A DNA stretch of 60,968 nucleotides, counting the filler, from Globobulimina sp. (Eukaryota): assembly GCA_003354225.1 (NCBI GenBank). It is 18 parts of 18 records of this genome, joined end to end, with 100 filler letters (N's around TTAATTAATTAA, not from the genome) between each part and the next. Parts side by side here need not be neighbours in the genome. Positions count along the whole stretch, not along the records: positions 57,680 to 60,968 come from PIVH01003179.1; 17 more parts are not named here. One strand, given 5' to 3'. Positions 59,498 to 60,968 of this stretch are shown here, one piece after another; the stretch's first letter is position 1; the number at the start of each line of letters is the position of its first letter. The notes below the pieces were generated by a model. It did not search any database. It worked only from the letters and a program-made list of their open reading frames with translations, and was not told the origin of the DNA. The position numbers and the translations under genes are program-made.

Positions 59498-60541
59498 AGG
59501 CCTGAACTACAATACATATTCATAGATAATGCCTGTTTTAATAATACCAATAAGTAAATTTGAATGAGAACGGATAATATATTTTTCTTTGTACTGCATG
59601 TTTCATGCCATGTCATTGACAAATAGACAATGTATTATCATATTCTCTATATTTTTTTTTTAATCTACGATATAGTTCTTCATTAGTTTTATATTTTTTT
59701 TATTTATTACTTCTACATTCTTGTGTTGTTGAATCAGATCCAATGTATACTGTTCGTTGTGTTTTTCCCTGTTTTTTTCCGTTTGTTATCGAATGATATA
59801 CATTTAATCCTCGCACTCCATACACAATCCGGCAGTGGTAAACTTTTTCTAAATCAAAACATTTTCTCTGTTCTTGAATTGATAATCACCGCGCTACGCC
59901 ACTGCACAATTTGATTCGTTAAACATTCAATATACGCATGTCATTGATATCAACAAGCTATTTTCCCAATGAATGTTAAGTCCACAAAATTAAATCCAAT
60001 TCTGCGAGTTTGATAAATAAAATGTTACACAATTAATTAAGGCGTGGAGGGTGCAAACATTCTGGCAATTTTCCAAACTACTGCAACTCCCAACGATTCC
60101 AGTCAAAAAAATAAAAATGAATATGATAGATTTGGAAGCGGTGCCAAACTATATAATGATTTAAAATGTTGTCCGGGAATGTATACATATAACAAAAAAA
60201 ATCAATATGCTGATGAAGGAAGATAAATGTCGTGAAATGTTATGGCAACAAATGATTCGACTCCTCTCGATCATGAGTGACGGGTTGAGCTGATCTGATT
60301 GAGCTATAATTAATCAGTCATTTATTTCTTTTATTTACATTTATTGTGTTTTGTTACTTTTAGGAGGGATATATTTTCTATCCCAAACAAATAAGATTTG
60401 CTGAAATATTAATGTGAATAACGTTTTTGTTTAATTTATTTTTAGTTGAAATGTGTCCTTGCACTCGAAAAACATTTGCCGTTTTGACACAATGGCACAG
60501 CCTAAGCTTAAGTACATGCGGTGCATAATACAATTACACAG

Positions 60542-60968
60542 TTATTTCAATTCTATCATTGCGGCCAGTTCATGGTCGTTATCCTTGTTTTCTTTTTGTG
60601 TTATTTGATGCACACAACATACTTTCATCGCAGAATGTAATTTCCCACATACTTTCATATAAACTCGTCGATTAATTGATAGACTCAAGTATAAGACAAC
60701 AACATTTGTCAAGTTTTCTGACGATCTGAGGATATAAATCCACCATTTTAAAGTCCCTGCAAATAATCCGACGACTAAGGAAATAAAAAATAACTGATTT
60801 GTACCAATCGCTATTCCGAATAAAATGGTATGGCGGGTCATGACATCAGTCATTGACGATGCTGTGTATTGCGTTGACACCAAAACCTGTCGTAATTTAT
60901 ACACAAACAATATCATTAAATTTGAGTTTAGCATAAAATCTATAACCATTAAGATGATGATTGCCGGA
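60542..60968 (-). CDS. C-terminal part of a serpentine (7TM, GPCR-like) receptor
   Basis: Three hydrophobic helices with LFVYKLRQV, MTRHTILFGIAI, and N...LYLSL..N...Y...C...H after the last helix. Confidence 0.6.
   Translation of the reverse strand, partial: PAIIILMVIDFMLNSNLMILFVYKLRQVLVSTQYTASSMTDVMTRHTILFGIAIGTNQLFFISLVVGLFAGTLKWWIYILRSSENLTNVVVLYLSLSINRRVYMKVCGKLHSAMKVCCVHQITQKENKDNDHELAAMIELK

Overview
This is not one locus. It is 18 unrelated contigs of about 3.29 kb each (3296 bp falling steadily to 3289 bp, so size-sorted), joined by 17 artificial 100-bp spacers (N44-TTAATTAATTAA-N44). Gene order across the spacers carries no meaning. The DNA is from an AT-rich eukaryote using the standard code, with short GT-AG introns (mostly 50-70 nt). 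The gene families (HSPA12-like Hsp70, SPRY proteins with an LVYGYIR leader, many SAM proteins, divergent serpentine receptors, Cys-rich PT-stalk surface proteins) suggest a foraminiferan or other rhizarian protist; this is inference. Recognisable genes: Rav1/DMXL (its key exon is missed by the ORF track), an amidase ending in SKL, NSF/Sec18, cytochrome b561, an MFSD14-like transporter, NCKAP1, HSPA12-like Hsp70, a purple acid phosphatase, PAQR, COG5, a PI3/4-kinase, RCC1 repeats, an EH-domain protein and a divergent actin-like protein. Most notable: a G-gamma (GGL)-SPRY fusion; a short unnamed N-terminal motif shared by an Hsp70 and an actin-like protein; a FYVE plus membrane-hairpin protein; a PI-kinase with DFG changed to DMN; and palindromic MITE-like elements, several inside the longer introns. 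Several frameshifts and a head-on junction suggest sequencing or amplification artefacts. I found no CRISPR array, rRNA, tRNA or transposase.
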